A stretch of DNA of 64,000 nucleotides, taken from assembly GCF_009914755.1 (NCBI RefSeq), contig NC_060938.1. One strand, 5' to 3'. The notes under the pieces are model-generated. The model was not told the origin of the DNA. It ran no database searches and was given only the letters and a program-made list of their open reading frames with translations. This document shows positions 30,305-51,559 of the stretch, one piece after another. The position numbers and the translations under genes are program-made. Source of the stretch: the human T2T-CHM13v2.0 reference genome, Homo sapiens. Every line of letters starts with the position of its first letter. Position 1 is the first letter of the stretch.

Positions 30305-30610
30305 TTTATTTTATTTTATTTTTGACACTGGGTCTAATTCTCTCACCCAGGCTGGAGTGCATGGCGTGATCATGGTTCACCACACCCTCCACTTCTCTGG
30401 GCTCAGGTGACCCTCCCACCTCAGCATCCTGAGTAGCTGGGCTGTAAGCACACACCCCACCACGCCTGGGTAATTTTTGTATTTTTTGTAAAGACAGGGT
30501 TTTGCTATGTTGCCCAGGCTGGTCTTGAGCTCCTGGGCTCAAGCAATCCACCCACATCAGCCTCCCAAACTGCTTGTTGGGATTACAGGCATGAGCCACT
30601 GCACCTGGCC
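30305..30610 (-). mobile_element. AluJ
   Basis: Reverse Alu; TSD AACTAGTTTATTC. Confidence 0.9.
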
Positions 30611-30680
30611 TGAACTAGTTTATTCTTACATTGTTCTGTTGATTTTAAAGACATTTTCAGATATGCAATTATATTTGTAA

Positions 30681-31064
<384 letters not shown>

Positions 31065-33236
31065 TAAATAATGTTGAAAATGAAGACAGCCTTGTCTAGT
31101 TCCTTACTTTAATGGGAATTCTAGTGTTTTACTGTCAAGCATACTGTTTTTGTTTGAAAAATAGATTTTTCCCCCCATTTTACAGAAATATTTCTGTATT
31201 CATTTTCCAGTGACTTCCGGTCATTCACTATCAGACTAATATTTACCTCTGTATTCTGAGGGCTCACAAATCTCACTTACCTCATCTTTTTTTTTTTTTT
31301 TTTTTTTCATGTAGCTCATCTTTGGTTGCCCTGAACTGTATCTACTCAGGTCTTTTTATTTGCTTGTCTTAATTTTGTCACTGTACTGCTTAAACATTAT
31401 TAAAAATATCAAATATTTATTGTGCTGTTATATACCCATGCACCATATGCTTTCAAATGTTCTCATTTAATCCTCATCATAGCTTTGTGAGATGAAGATA
31501 CTGTAAATCCCCTTTTGCAGAGGAGGAAACAGAGGCTCCTAGGGGTTAAATCACTGGCTCATGTTTACATAGATTGCCCCTGCCGTTTTTTCCTTTTGAC
31601 CGCCATAGCCACCTTCCATCACCCTCCACCATCATACAAGATGCTTCTTTCTGATTAGTCTGCGTTTGAAAGCCTACCTGTGATTGATTTGACATGAACT
31701 GAGCATCTCCTGATCTTTTTCAGTGTATTCCGGGATCCAAAACTCAGAGCTGTCCTTCCCATCTCCATCTAGTTATATCCTTAATCTTGGCTCTCCTTCT
31801 TGACCAACATATTATGTGAATACAGTGGAAGCCCATTTAGTACAGTGTTTTCCCAGGGATTTAGTTATGGTTCTTGCATATACTTAAAGTGAGATAATTT
31901 GTGTCACTGGTCATTTGGGGCCAGGGTTAGCCTTGTTCTGTGGCACACATTATAAATGGATTTCATTAAACTTTTATGTGCTTTCACTTACTGGTCTAAT
32001 GTGGGGTTCTTTCCTTGCTGTGCTTATATCAGATACTCTCTTGCCATTGCCCCTGCCGTCTCACCTGCTCCTTCACTCTCGCTACAGAGATGCAGCATTT
32101 ACAGTCTGTGTATATCCTGCCCATTCCAGTTCAATATGAACAAAATTTGTACTGTAGCCCTTATGAATATGTAAATAGCAGCAAGAGAAGCACTTGCTGC
32201 CAATTGGCTGCATGTTTCAAGGAATGTAAACCTCTTTTGGGAGATTTTAACCTAACTTGAAACAGCAGTGCTGTAGGCCTCTAGTGGGTAGAAACCAAGG
32301 GGATTTTAAACCTCCTATAATGCACATGACAGCGCCCCACACCAAAGGATTGTCTGGCTTTAAGTGTCAACGGTGCCCACAGCGAGGAACATTGCCCCAG
32401 AGTTTATGTTCTCAGTGGGTGTGGTGTTACCCTCAAGGGGGCAGAAATTAACTCTTGAGGGATGCATGTGTGAAAAAAAAATCTTATTCTTTTTACATAT
32501 AAAGTACAGATGTACATGCAGCACAAACAAGTGTGCAGTGTATCTGGTATTAAAATTTCACAGGGAGCGTGATGAGGAAAAGAATGTCTGAAAAGGCTAC
32601 TTAGGAGGACAATAATGAAGAAAATGGGTGAGAAACACTGCATTGGAGGGAGACAGTATAGTTTAGTGCTTAAAAATGCAGGCTGTGGAGTCAGACTGGG
32701 TATCGCTTCACTTTCTGCCGCTTACCAGCTGTGGGCATATGACTTCATGGCCTCAGTTTTCTCCTTTAAAATTAAGATAATAACAGTACTTTCTTCAAAG
32801 GATTGTGGCAATATAATCCAGTGTATGTAGTGCTTGGTAAAACACTAAATTTGTCATTCTCCTAAGAAGCTCAAAGAGAGAAAGGATCATGTTTATTTCC
32901 GTATTAACATTCCTTAGTAGAATATCTGAGACTTAATAGGTGTTCAGTAAATTGTTGCATGAATGGATCAAGCTCCTGTTCTGTAAGTGTGTCTTAGTTG
33001 CCTTTATGGTGGTAGTAGGATATGCTCTTCTACGTTTTTAAATTTTTTTCTGTTAGGCATCTTTCACATTTACTTCACCTTAAATATAGTATGTTAAATG
33101 TGCGTAATTGTAGTACTTCTGTTTAAAGGTAGAAATGGATTATACAGCATGCAATAGTATCATTCTGTTTCAAGCAAATTGAGCTCAGGGCAAGTGTGAT
33201 GGAAATGATATTTGGGTTCTGGTAATGCTCTTATGA

Positions 33237-33657
<421 letters not shown>

Positions 33658-35864
33658 TAGTGAAACAGAAAAGAATATAAGCAAAATAATTTTTGATCTA
33701 ATTTTTGTATATATTAATATTTCATTTTAAAATATTTATTTTTACTTAATTCTCATAGTTTGACTCTTCCTTTGACCTAATACTTTCGTTATTGAATTAT
33801 TTTGATTCTTAAAAGCTTTAAATTTGAGTTACTGTTATTATTTTGTGCTTGCTTATTATACTACGTCTATAAGAATATAGTTATACTTTTATATAGGAGC
33901 AAGGAGAATCTCATTGTTTTTAATGTATTTGCTCATAAGGTAATCCCATTAAATGTATCCTGAACTGGCATTTTGTGAGGTATGTTAAAACAATAACCTA
34001 GCTGCTATTCTTCAGAATTGCAGTGTCATGTTGACAGAATTTGTTAATGAATGCTTACTTTTACTTAATTGTGAATCCTGAAAAAATGTTGCAATAGAAT
34101 ATATCAGGAACAAATGGGAGAAACAGGATAGGTAAAGCTATTTAAGTTGGACTTGCCATGAGACAGCTTTGGTCCTCATATTTACCATTTAGAAATTCAG
34201 TGTTTATCAATTTACTGTGGGATTTACTTAGACTGATAAATAAAAGAGTGATTTATACAGTAAAATATTGTTACTAATTTACAAAAGGAAATATTAATGA
34301 AGATAGTTCTTAGTGTAGGGCACCTTTTCCTTTTTCCAGAATGGTTAGGTTTACTAAGAAAATCACATATAAATCAAAACATTGTTAGTGCCTCTCAAGT
34401 TATATTCCTATATAGCCATTCTTTCAGTTTTTACTTTGGGAATTTTGGGGTAAAGAATGGCATGCAGTCTCCAGATGATACCATCCGGATAATACTGGGA
34501 GACAAATCTGTACCAGACTATTTCTTTAATATGCATACATACCTCTACCTTTCTGCTTTATTTTAATAACCAGTTATAATTCTCAGACATAGCAGTTTTT
34601 AAAAACGTTACACTTTTGGCTTGCTGCTACTTGATGGTTTGGGAATAGGTACCTTAATCTCATCAGAAAACCATTTCAACACATAGGATAGGATGAGTTA
34701 GTTTTGTAAAAGGTTTTTGTGAATCACCATTTCTATCTATAAAGTTTAGATTGTTGGGTATGTTCTATTCTGGGGCCTCTTTGTTACCTTCATTTTTGAA
34801 AAATTTCAAAGTGTGCTATCTTTAACAAATGCTTCTAGATAGGAATTGTTTGGATACCCTTTTGGGATTACATGAAAATTATTATTTCTTTTGTTCTCTA
34901 CAGTGATCTAAAGATGCTTTTGGAAACTCGGGGAAAGCTCTGCTGTACATTCAGTGTTTTTTTTTTCCCCCTCTTACCGTCTTGCTCTTGTTTTGAAGCA
35001 TTCTATCTCTAGTCTACCATATGACTATATATATTTGATTATTAGGCTAGGTGCCCCCTGACCCAAAAGTATCCCTCAGCCAAGAAGGAATTATATTATC
35101 TGACTTATTACAAAGTCTTTTGTATTACTTTCCACTTGCCCAGTTACTGTTTTTCATCCAGTTGTTTTTCTTGTGTGTGTTTGTAGCAACATGACTTGAT
35201 TTTTAAACAGTTTTTTAAAATTTAGCATAGCTAATCATAACTGTTACTAGGGTTATAACTTAATAATTTGCAAGTGTTGGATGTCATTAACACTTGTTGG
35301 ATTAAGTTAAAAAGTAGCTTATGGAGATAAGAATATGTACTTATGTGATGAGTGAAAAAAAGAAAAGTTGTCCTAATTAAGTACAAATGGACATTTGGTT
35401 ACACAGAATTCCTAGGAACAGCATCATACAGAAAGTGTTAGAACTCAAACTTATACTGAAATGATGATGTAGATGTGCTATGTAAACCTGTGTTAGGTAA
35501 CTCATAATGACTTCTGTGATGAAGAAACTTCTGTTGCTAAAAATATGTGAATAAATTGGACAAAATCATTTCATGAAATAGAGTAGAAAGGATATACGTA
35601 ACATTTTAATTATGAGGACATTGACTTTCACCAGAATTTATAGATTCAAATTGTATAAATGATTTTCTTTCTTTAAATAAAAGTATAGGAAAAATTCTAT
35701 AATGTACATAAGATTATTTTAGTCCATCAGTATACATCCTCACATTTATTTGTTGGGTTTTTTTCTTCATCCCTTATTTTTCATGTCTGTGCCCTTTCTT
35801 CTCATGCGTGTGTGTGTGCCTGTGCATATGTTGTGTGTGTGTATGTGTGTATGTGTTTGTGTGT

Positions 35865-36028
35865 TTTTAAGGGACAGGGTCTCCCTATGTTGCCTAGGCT
35901 GGAGTGCAGTGGCTGCTCACAGGTACAGTCATAGGACACTGCAGCCTTGAACTTTTGGGCTCAAGCAGTCCTACCACCTCAGCCTTCCAAAGAGCTGGGG
36001 CTACAGGCGAATGTCACTGTACCTGGCT
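35865..36028 (-). mobile_element. Alu monomer/AluJ arm preceded by (TG)n
   Basis: gacagggtctccctatgttgcctaggctggagtgcagtgg. Confidence 0.8.
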
Positions 36029-37558
36029 TCATATGGATCAAGCTGCTCATCTCTAACTCCTGGCTTAGTGACTTCTGCCCTGAGTAATAGACTCAATCTC
36101 TGTTGCCGATGAGTTGCATGTGCTATGTTATTTTAGTCTCTTTTCAGCTAGGTGATGTGGCATAAATTTTGACTGTTACCTCCCTAAGAACAGCATTCTA
36201 TTGTAGCTAAAAATATAAATATTAATTCAAATGTAGGTTATGGAGTGACAAACAGATTTTTAAAAGATAGATACAGATTTTTAAAAAAGATAATATCTAT
36301 TATTTTTAATTCTATTTATATTAAAATATTTATGTAGCAGACATTTGCAGAAATACAGGTAGGCTCAAGTTCCAATAGCTCACTTGTAAACCAGTTGCCT
36401 TTGGGGAAAATGCACTGTGAGTTTGTACACAGGTTCCCAGCTGGCCCTCTGAAATTAGTTTGGCCCTGTGTAGTTAGCTCAGTAGAATATTATGTTTTTT
36501 TTTTTCCTTTGGGAAAGTATGCCTGAATCTCAACATTGAGAGTACTTTTCTCCTTTTCCTCTGCAGCTCCATCCTCTGAAAGGAGACTTCTAACTGGAAT
36601 GCTTTACCTCAATCCCCAAAGGAGACTGTGGCAAGAGGGCTAAATCCCTGGAGCCATGGCCATTGATATCAGGGCCTTTTCTGAGTCCTTTGGGGGGCAG
36701 CTTATATATGGAAAACTGTAAGCCTTATTAAAAACATTCATATTCTTTCTGATCCCTCTTAATTAACATTTTCTAAATTTATAGGTAATATTTGAGTACT
36801 AAACCCTTCTTTCTCCCTTCTCACCAGCATTCTCTCCATCCACCAAAAATGAAAGGTGGGAGAGCTATGGAACTGAATTGCAAACACTGCAGGAATTAAC
36901 TTGCCCATTTTCTTTGGGAAAAAGCCAAAGGGGGTTTTTCTATCATTGTGAGTAAGTAGAGGTGTTCCCAACTCCCCACCCCTTCAGGCATACCAGTAAA
37001 AAAGCTAAAACTTGAGGCCAATTGGCCATCTTAAGAGCTTTACAAAAAAATGGTTAATTCTTTTTCCCATTAGTAATTTGCCCACAATGTAAACAGCCAT
37101 AGGATGGACTGATTTTTAGGCAGACAGTAGAAAGAAGGCAGCACTGCTATTGTTACAAATGTTTAGTTTTCATCTCCTGAAAGAGTGTTAAGAAAAGTTA
37201 GTCCAGATATACTGATGGATGGAACTTACAATTTACGATAGGATTAGTGTGCCCGTTTGTGTGTTTTCCCCATGTCTAGGGCATAAGGCATACTGCTTTC
37301 AAATTCTGCTAATTTTTGTTTTCATCTGCCAGATTTTTTTGGTATTATTTAATTTTTAGTTCTTTTTCTACAAGATACTATTAGCAGAACAGACAGAACT
37401 TTAAAGCCAAAAAAATTAAGTTCAGTTTTTCGCAATAAATATGCTAGTGGTTGTTTCTGCCATAGCTCACTAGAAGCACCGTTTTCTTAACTTGGTAGTT
37501 GGGAACATTCAGAGATCTCAGACCACACAAAGAGAAACAGGGATTTAAGAATGATCTA

Positions 37559-37887
<329 letters not shown>

Positions 37888-38296
37888 TTAGTGTTTTAAA
37901 TTTGGAAACGAAACTTTTTCAACTTTTTCTAATAGCTGGATGTGAAACTATAGCATATAAGGCAGCAAAGGACAGCTTCCGGGGAGAGACAATTGTATTT
38001 ATTTGTTATACATTTATAGCTAAACATTTTGAGGAAAAACATCTAGTACAAGGAGATGTGAAGAAATGTAAACTTCGGGGTATCTTTGTGTTTTGAAAGG
38101 GTGATCTAGATTGTTTTATTTTTACTTTCTATGATTTTTCTTACAATTAATCTACCTTTTTAGAGAGACAGTAAGACACAGGCTTCATGTTTGTATCTAT
38201 TTTTAAATTTTTCCTTTATTGTGCTAACAGACTCTGTTCCTAGTCCCTAGTCAGTTACCTTTTATGTCAAATAGTGACATGTCTATTGAAGTTTTT

Positions 38297-38628
<332 letters not shown>

Positions 38629-39068
38629 CAAGAAGTTTTTATTATTTTTCTAGGGATTTTTATGGAACCAATTGCATTTTTTACAATAATCCTAAACCAT
38701 TGTTTTCTAGTGTAAACTGATACATTTTCTCACTGAGGGGGAAGACACCAAAAAACATGAAGGTATAATCCAAAATTGTAAAACTACTTTAAAAAATTAA
38801 TTATAATTATTTTGCTTGGAGAGCAAGCTAGAGGAGCTGTTTTCAGAATTTTGTTACTAAATGCCACTGTTGAATGTGCCTTGATTTCATACATGATGAA
38901 AGAGCAATTACTGGCCTATGTTTACTAGCAGCTACTTTGCTTTACTGTTGGAAGAAACTGGTGGTGTTGGCGGTGATAGATTTGTAGTTGGCATGTATGA
39001 AGGAGAAGAGCTTGATGACCTTTTGTTTGGGTTATTGGTTAGAGAAGAAAATAATTTTTCATTTAGAG

Positions 39069-39370
39069 TAGAGATCAGCAAACTATGGCCCATGGAGGTT
39101 TTTGTATGCCCCATGAGCTAAGAATTATTTTTACATTTTTAATGCTTGAAAAGAAATTCAAAAGAAGTAATATTTTGTGATGTGTGAGAATTATATGAAA
39201 TTTGGATTTGTGTCTATAAATGAGGTTTTATTGGAACATAGCATGTTTATTTGTTTATATATCTATGGCTTCTTTTATGCTATAACAGTAGAGTTGAGTA
39301 GTTCCAACAGATCATCTACAAACTGAAGTATATGTTGTTTTGGCCCTAAGAAAAAAGTTTGCTGATCCTG
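39069..39370 (+). mobile_element. MER58(B)-type hAT non-autonomous element
   Basis: Ends tcagcaaact...aaaaagtttgctgatcctg; internal ttttattggaacatagc and agagttgagtagtt. Confidence 0.75.
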
Positions 39371-40987
39371 ACTGTGCAGCCAAACTGCTCTCTAATGTCT
39401 AGTCTTGTGCCTTAGTTTCCCTATCTTGAAAATGAGAAGAATAATAGAGCCATGAGGTGATTGTGAGGGCTAAATGAGTTAGTATACTTAAAGTGCTTAA
39501 AAATATACCTTGCACATCATAATCACTAAGTATTAGAAGTTAGTTGACATTAAGTGTTAGATTTAATTGATAATCACTTTGTAACATAGACTGGAAAAGA
39601 TGCATTGAAATCCATTCTGTTGGAGAACAGCTACAAGTATATTAAGGAAGCAGTCTTTGGCTACAATGTACTTCCAGATCTTGAGCCAGTGGTGAAGGAG
39701 ATAGTGAAAGTTATCAATCCAAAACAAAACCTTTACATTGCTGCACAAGGAAAGGAGTATTGTATAAAAGATTGCATTTTTACCTTGCAAAGTGCTAGCC
39801 AAATTATTCACTTGAGTTTTTAAATGAAATAATAAGGTTACCTCGTGACTGTAATAATTCTGGTATGACCATTTCTGTGATGCCAAGCGGCGTTTTCAAG
39901 AGTCCTATTAGAAATGTATTTGGCATCTTGAATAGCTTGAACCTATTACTCCTGGATGAAATTGCGCAATTTTTAGTGTTAAGGATAAGCTGTCAGAATT
40001 TAAGAAGACTAAACTGTGGGGTAAATGGCTCGGTTTCCCAGCTTGTTTCTCAACATTTGGTTTTCTTCCCTTACTGGAGAGAAAACAAAGTGAAATATTT
40101 ATCCATCTAGCTTAAAAAAAAATTGTGGTAAAAACACATAATATAAAATTTATTATCTTAACCATTTAAAAAATTTTTGTTTCAGAGACAGGGTCTCACT
40201 ATGTTGCCTAGGCTGGACTTGAACTCCTGGGCTCAATTGATCCTCCCCCCTCAGCCTCCTGTGAGTAGCTGGGATTACAGTCATAACCACTGGGTACAGA
40301 CATTTTAACCATTTTTAAGTATACTCTTCAGTAGTGTCAGTGTTGAAATATTCACATTGAAATTACACAAGTCTCTAGGAAGTTCCAAACTTTCCCAGAT
40401 CTTCTTGCTCACTTTGGACTTGAAAAAATAAAACATTAAAGTAGTCAGATTTATAGAAACACAAAGTAGGTGGTGGTTGCCAGGGCATAGGGGAAAGGAA
40501 GTTGTTGTTTAATAGATAGAGGGTTTCAGTTTTGTAAAACGAAAAAGTTCTGCAGATAAGTTGCATGACAATGTGAATCACAATTACAGGAAGGGTTTAT
40601 GATCTATTATGATCTGCTGGTAATAATTGTCAGCTGCTCTGGAATCAGCTGAGAGTCCAGTGAAGTAATCCAAGTAGAGTAGAGAATAAGTTTAAACTAA
40701 GTCACCAGACAGACCGGTGTGTGTCTATGCACTTTTACCCCCTTTGGGAAAAGTTAAACTGTTACAGCACAGCTGTCCTTTGTCACCCAGAAACCTCAAG
40801 AGTAATCACTGGCAGGGCTTATGCATTTAGATCAGATAGTGGAAAATAAATGTGTAACTTTTGTAATTTGAATAGAAAATACAAGTATCGTTCATCAGGT
40901 ACTGGTTTCCAGTATGTAATGGTCACCTAAATTTTTATTTTGTTCAAAGTCTTTTCTCTGTTCAGTGCTCTTAAAAAAGAAATTCTG

Positions 40988-41110
40988 AGCTGGGCACAGT
41001 GTCTCATGCCTGTAATCCGAGCACTTTGCAAGGTTGAGGTGGGAGAATCACTTGAGGCCAAGAGTTTGAGAACAGCCTGGGCAACATAGCGAGACACTGT
41101 CCCTACTTTT
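40988..41110 (+). mobile_element. Alu left monomer (FLAM-like)
   Basis: gctgggcacagtgtctcatgcctgtaatcc...gggcaacatagcgagac. Confidence 0.8.
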
Positions 41111-41847
41111 AAAAGGAAGTTCTACACTTAATATGTACATCTTGCACATTTCAGTGTGTTTTTGGCACCCAGTTGGCCACTGCTCTTAGCAATATAATAG
41201 TAGGGGGAGAGAGTTTATTTAGGTGTGTTTTAAGCATTCATGATCTTTGACTCTTTTTGTAGAGGCAGATCCTGTAGACCATTCAGTGTTAAGTAGTCTG
41301 TTTTATCTTTTCCTATTTGGCAGAGCCATTAATATTTTCGATGAATTTGTCTAACACTGAGTAATAATGTTGGGGTTGTTGCCTTTCTGTCCACTTAATT
41401 AATATCAATCGTTTTTATCTTAATGTGGACTACAGTGAATTACAGTGGAACTCTTTATTTTTTGACATTTTACATTTGAAAATGGAATTGGCAGTGTGGT
41501 ATATAGCAAAATAGGCACTGAAATAGGCATAAGAAACCTCGCTTAATATTGATATTAAGATGGGTGATCATGGCTAAGTCATTAAAATTCCTGTCTGGAA
41601 ATGAAGGTATTGAACTAAATAATTTCCAGGAATTCTGGTTTTTATGACCAGTATTTCAGATGGAAACCAGTGTCACACAATTTTTTTAAATTCTCTGAGA
41701 TGTATATGTGTTTATATGTATCAAAGCAGTTTGTGTTGTGTGTTTGAGAGTGGTTATTTTGCTCAGAAAAGGCTATTCAGAGTATTTTGTTTTTCATAAT
41801 GAATATTAGATTTATTAAAGCTATAAATTAAACAACTAGGAATTTTA

Positions 41848-47980
<6,133 letters not shown>

Positions 47981-48142
47981 ACAACTAAGAATTTTAAACT
48001 CAACTCTTTACAGGTCTAACATATTTTAACAATAATTAAAAAGGTTTTTTTTAAATAAAGACCTTATCAAATTGCACTTGTAAATTTAGTATTCATTTTT
48101 AAGGATTTAAATTATCTGACAAATGTTTGCAAGTTGAGAGGC

Positions 48143-51011
48143 TATAGAAAAAACAAACTCTTCTCCTACTATGCTATCACAGCACAGAACACTTCTGACA
48201 GCAGATGTGTGGGGGTGTCCCCACACACCAAGCAGTCAACCAATTTCTGCAGCAGGTGCTTCAGCAGATACCAGCTGGGTATCCTCCAATTCAATTCAAT
48301 TCTGACACTGTCTACCTGGAGATACTATTAATACAAAGGATACAAATGAAAAGTTGCATGAGGCAAGGCATGTGGGAAGGGCCCTGGAGCTTCCATGCTG
48401 TCTCTGGGCATGCCACCCTCCAGAAACCTCCATGTGTTAGGTATCATGAAGCTCCTGAGTCCAAGCCTTTTGGGTTTTTATAGAAGCTTCATTATGTAGT
48501 CATGATTGATTACATCATTTGGTGATTAATATGGTTTGATTTTGTGTCCTCACCCAAATCTCACCTTGAATTGTGATAATCCCCACATATCAACTGCAGG
48601 ACCACGTGGAGATAACTGAATCACGGGGGTGGTTCCCCCATGCTGTTCTTGAGATAGTGAGTTCTCACCAGATCTGATGGTTTTATAAGGGGCTTCCCCC
48701 TTCGCTGGGTACTCACTTCTTTCTCCTGCTGCCCTGTGAAGAGGTGCCTTTTGCCATGATTGTAAGTTTCCTGAGGCCTCCCCAGCCATGCAGAAATGTG
48801 AGTCAATTAAACCTCTTTTCCTTATAAATTACCCAGTCTCGGGTATTTCTTCATAGCAGCATGAGAATGGACTAATACAGTAAATTGGTACCAGGTAGTG
48901 GGGCACTGCTGAAAAGATACCCAAAAATGTGGAAGTGACTTTGGAACTGGGTAACAGGCAGAGGTTGGAACAGTTTGGAGGGCTCAGAAGAAGACAGGAA
49001 GATGTGGGAAAGTTTGGAACTTCCTAGAGACTTGTTGAATGGCTTTGACCAAAATGCTGATAGTGATATGGACAATGAAGTCTAGGCTGAGATGGTCTTA
49101 GATGGACATGAGGAACTTATTAGGGACTGGAATAAAGGTGACTCTTGCTATGCTTTATTAGCAAAGAGACTGGCGGCATTTTGCTCCTGCCCTAGAGATC
49201 TGTGGAACTTTGAACTTGAGAGAAATGATGTAGGATATCTGGTGGAAGAAATTTCTAAGCAGCAAAGTGTTCAAGAGGTGACAGAGCATAAAAGTTTGGA
49301 AAATTTACAGCCTGATGATGCAATAGAAAGCACAACCCCATTTTCTGGGGAGGAATTCAAGAAAGCTGCATAAATTTGCATAAGTAACGAGGAGCCAAAT
49401 GTTAATCACCAAGACAATGGTGAAAATGTCTCCAGCGCATGTCAGAGGTCTTCACGGCAGCCCCTCCCATCACGAGCCCAGAGGCCTAGAGGAAAAAATG
49501 GTTTCTTGGGCGAGGCCCAGGGCCTTGCTGCTTTGCACAGTCTCTGGACTTGGTACCCTGCATCCCACCTGTGGTTAAAAGGGGCCAATGTGCAGCTCAG
49601 GCTGTTGCTTCAGAGGGTGCAAGCATCAAGCATTGGTGCCTTACATGTGGTGTTGGTCCTGTGGATGCACAGAAGCCAAGAATTGAGGTTTGGGAACCCT
49701 TGCCTGGATTTCAGAGGATGTATGGAAGTGCCTGGATGTCTGGGCAGAAGTCTGCTGCAGTGGTGGAGCCCTTATGGAAAACATCTGCTAGGGCACTGTG
49801 GAAGGGAAATGTGGGGTTGGACCCATCCCATGCAGAGTCCCCACTGGGCATGGCCTAACAGAGCTGTAAGAAGAGGGCTGCTGTCGTCCAGTCCACAGAA
49901 TGGTAGATCCAACAGCTTGCACCATGTGCCTAGAAAAGCCACAGACACTCAGTGCAAGCCCATGTGCCAGCCAGGAGGGGAGCTGTACCCTGCAAAGCCA
50001 CAGGGATGGAGCTGTCCAAGGCCATGGGAGCCCACGTCTTGCATCAGTGACCTGGATGTGAGACATGGAGTCAAAGGAGATCATTTCAGAGCTTTAAAAT
50101 TTGACTGCCCTGCTGGATTTTGGACTTGCATGGGGCCTGTAGTCCCTTTGTTTTGGCCAATTTCTCCCATTTGGAATGAGTGTATTTACCCATTGCCTGT
50201 ATCCCCATTGTACCTAGGAAGTAACTAATTTGCTTTTGATTTTACAGGCTTATAGGTGGAAGTGACTTGCCTTGTCTGTGATAAAACTTTGGGCTTGGAC
50301 TTTTGAGTTAATGCTGGAATGAGTTAAGACTTTGGGGGACAGTTGGCAGCACGTGATTGTGTTTTGAAATGTGAGGATGAGAGATTTGGGAGGGGCCAGG
50401 GTGAAATGATGGCTTGGCTCTGTGTCCCTACCCAAATCTCACCTTGAATTGTGATAATCCCCATGTGTCTAGAGTAGGACCAGATGGAGATAATTGAATG
50501 ATGGGGGCATTTCTGCCCTTCAGTTCTTGTGATAATCAGTGAGTTCTCATGAGAACTGATGGTTTTATAAGGGGCTTCCCCGTTCGCTTGGTATTCATTT
50601 CTCTCTCCTGCTGCCCTGTGAAGCGGTGCCTTCTGCCATGATTGTAAGTTTCCTGAGGCCTCCTCAGCCATGTGGAACTGTGAGTCAATTAAACCTCTTT
50701 TCTTTATAAATTACCCAGTCTTGGGTATTTCTTCATAGCAGCATGAGAGTGGACTAATACAGTGTTCAGCTCATCCTACAGCCCCTCTTCCCTCCCTGGA
50801 GGTTGAGAGTTGGGACTTCAGTCCAACCCTCTAATCAGGAGGTTGGTTCCCCTGGAAACCAGCCCCGGCTCCTGAGGCTATCCAGGAGCCCCCAGGCACC
50901 AGTCAAGCTAATAGTGAACAAAAAGACACCAGTTTGGAGATTCCAAGGATTTTAAGAGTTTTTGCCAGAAAATGGGGATGAAGACCAAATACATATTTCA
51001 CAATATCATAC
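48143..51011. mobile_element. MER21-type LTR split by a THE1 insertion
   Basis: MER21-like acacttctgac...ccagctgggtatcctccaattcaattc at 48143-48526, resuming at 50762-51011. Confidence 0.7.
48527..50761 (+). mobile_element. Complete THE1 (THE1C-like) MaLR element: 5' LTR 48527-48879, internal region, 3' LTR 50407-50761
   Basis: Two homologous LTRs of about 350 bp ending ggactaataca; internal region begins gtaaattggtacc; approximate 5-bp TSD GTG(A/T)T. Confidence 0.93.
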
Positions 51012-51400
51012 AGGTACTCAACTCTTCCAAATCTGATATTTATGCATTTTGTAAACTTCTAAATATATTTCCCAACTTAAAATTATAAGCCCAAACCAGT
51101 TATTCAGTAACATTTTAAGTTGGAATCAGAAGTTTAATTTTTTAGATACATTAATATGCAGGACTTCTTAATCCAAGTATTTAAAAATAACAAATATTTA
51201 ATATATACCTATTATGCTGACACTCAACACAAAATTATTAATTTGTGGACTTTATGTTTTTCCATCCTAATTTCAACCCACACTCTTTCCCTCTCAAAAA
51301 CTTTTCTTTTTTTTTAAAGAAATTTGATCATACCTGTATTCTAAACCTGCCTGGCCCATAAAGACCTTTTTATTTTTGTCTCAAGTGATTTGAGGTTAAC

Positions 51401-51559
51401 TTTTTTTTTTTTGAAATGGAGTATCACTGTGTCACCCAGGCTGGAGTGCGGTGGCATGATCTTGGCTCACTAGAACCTCCACCTCCCAGGTTCAAGTGAT
51501 TCTCCTGCCTCGGCCTCCCAAGTAGCTGGGATTACAAGTGCCCACCACTACGCCTGGCT
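51401..51559 (-). mobile_element. Alu right arm (truncated)
   Basis: Reverse Alu fragment; TSD-like GAGGTTA on both sides. Confidence 0.85.

Noticed and set aside
34430-34530. J-domain-like YHPDN motif in an alternative frame
   Set aside because: The frame contains stops and is not phase-compatible with the upstream donor; a 3-residue match is expected by chance.
34904-35500. Long near-open frames after the strong acceptor at 34903
   Set aside because: Stop density is close to random and the frame is ambiguous. Any stop can be repaired by a C-to-T argument, so this was not counted as evidence beyond the acceptor itself.
49092-50228. 240-aa and neighbouring ORFs in the THE1 internal region
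   Set aside because: Degenerate MaLR internal sequence in mixed frames; nothing indicates a maintained gene.
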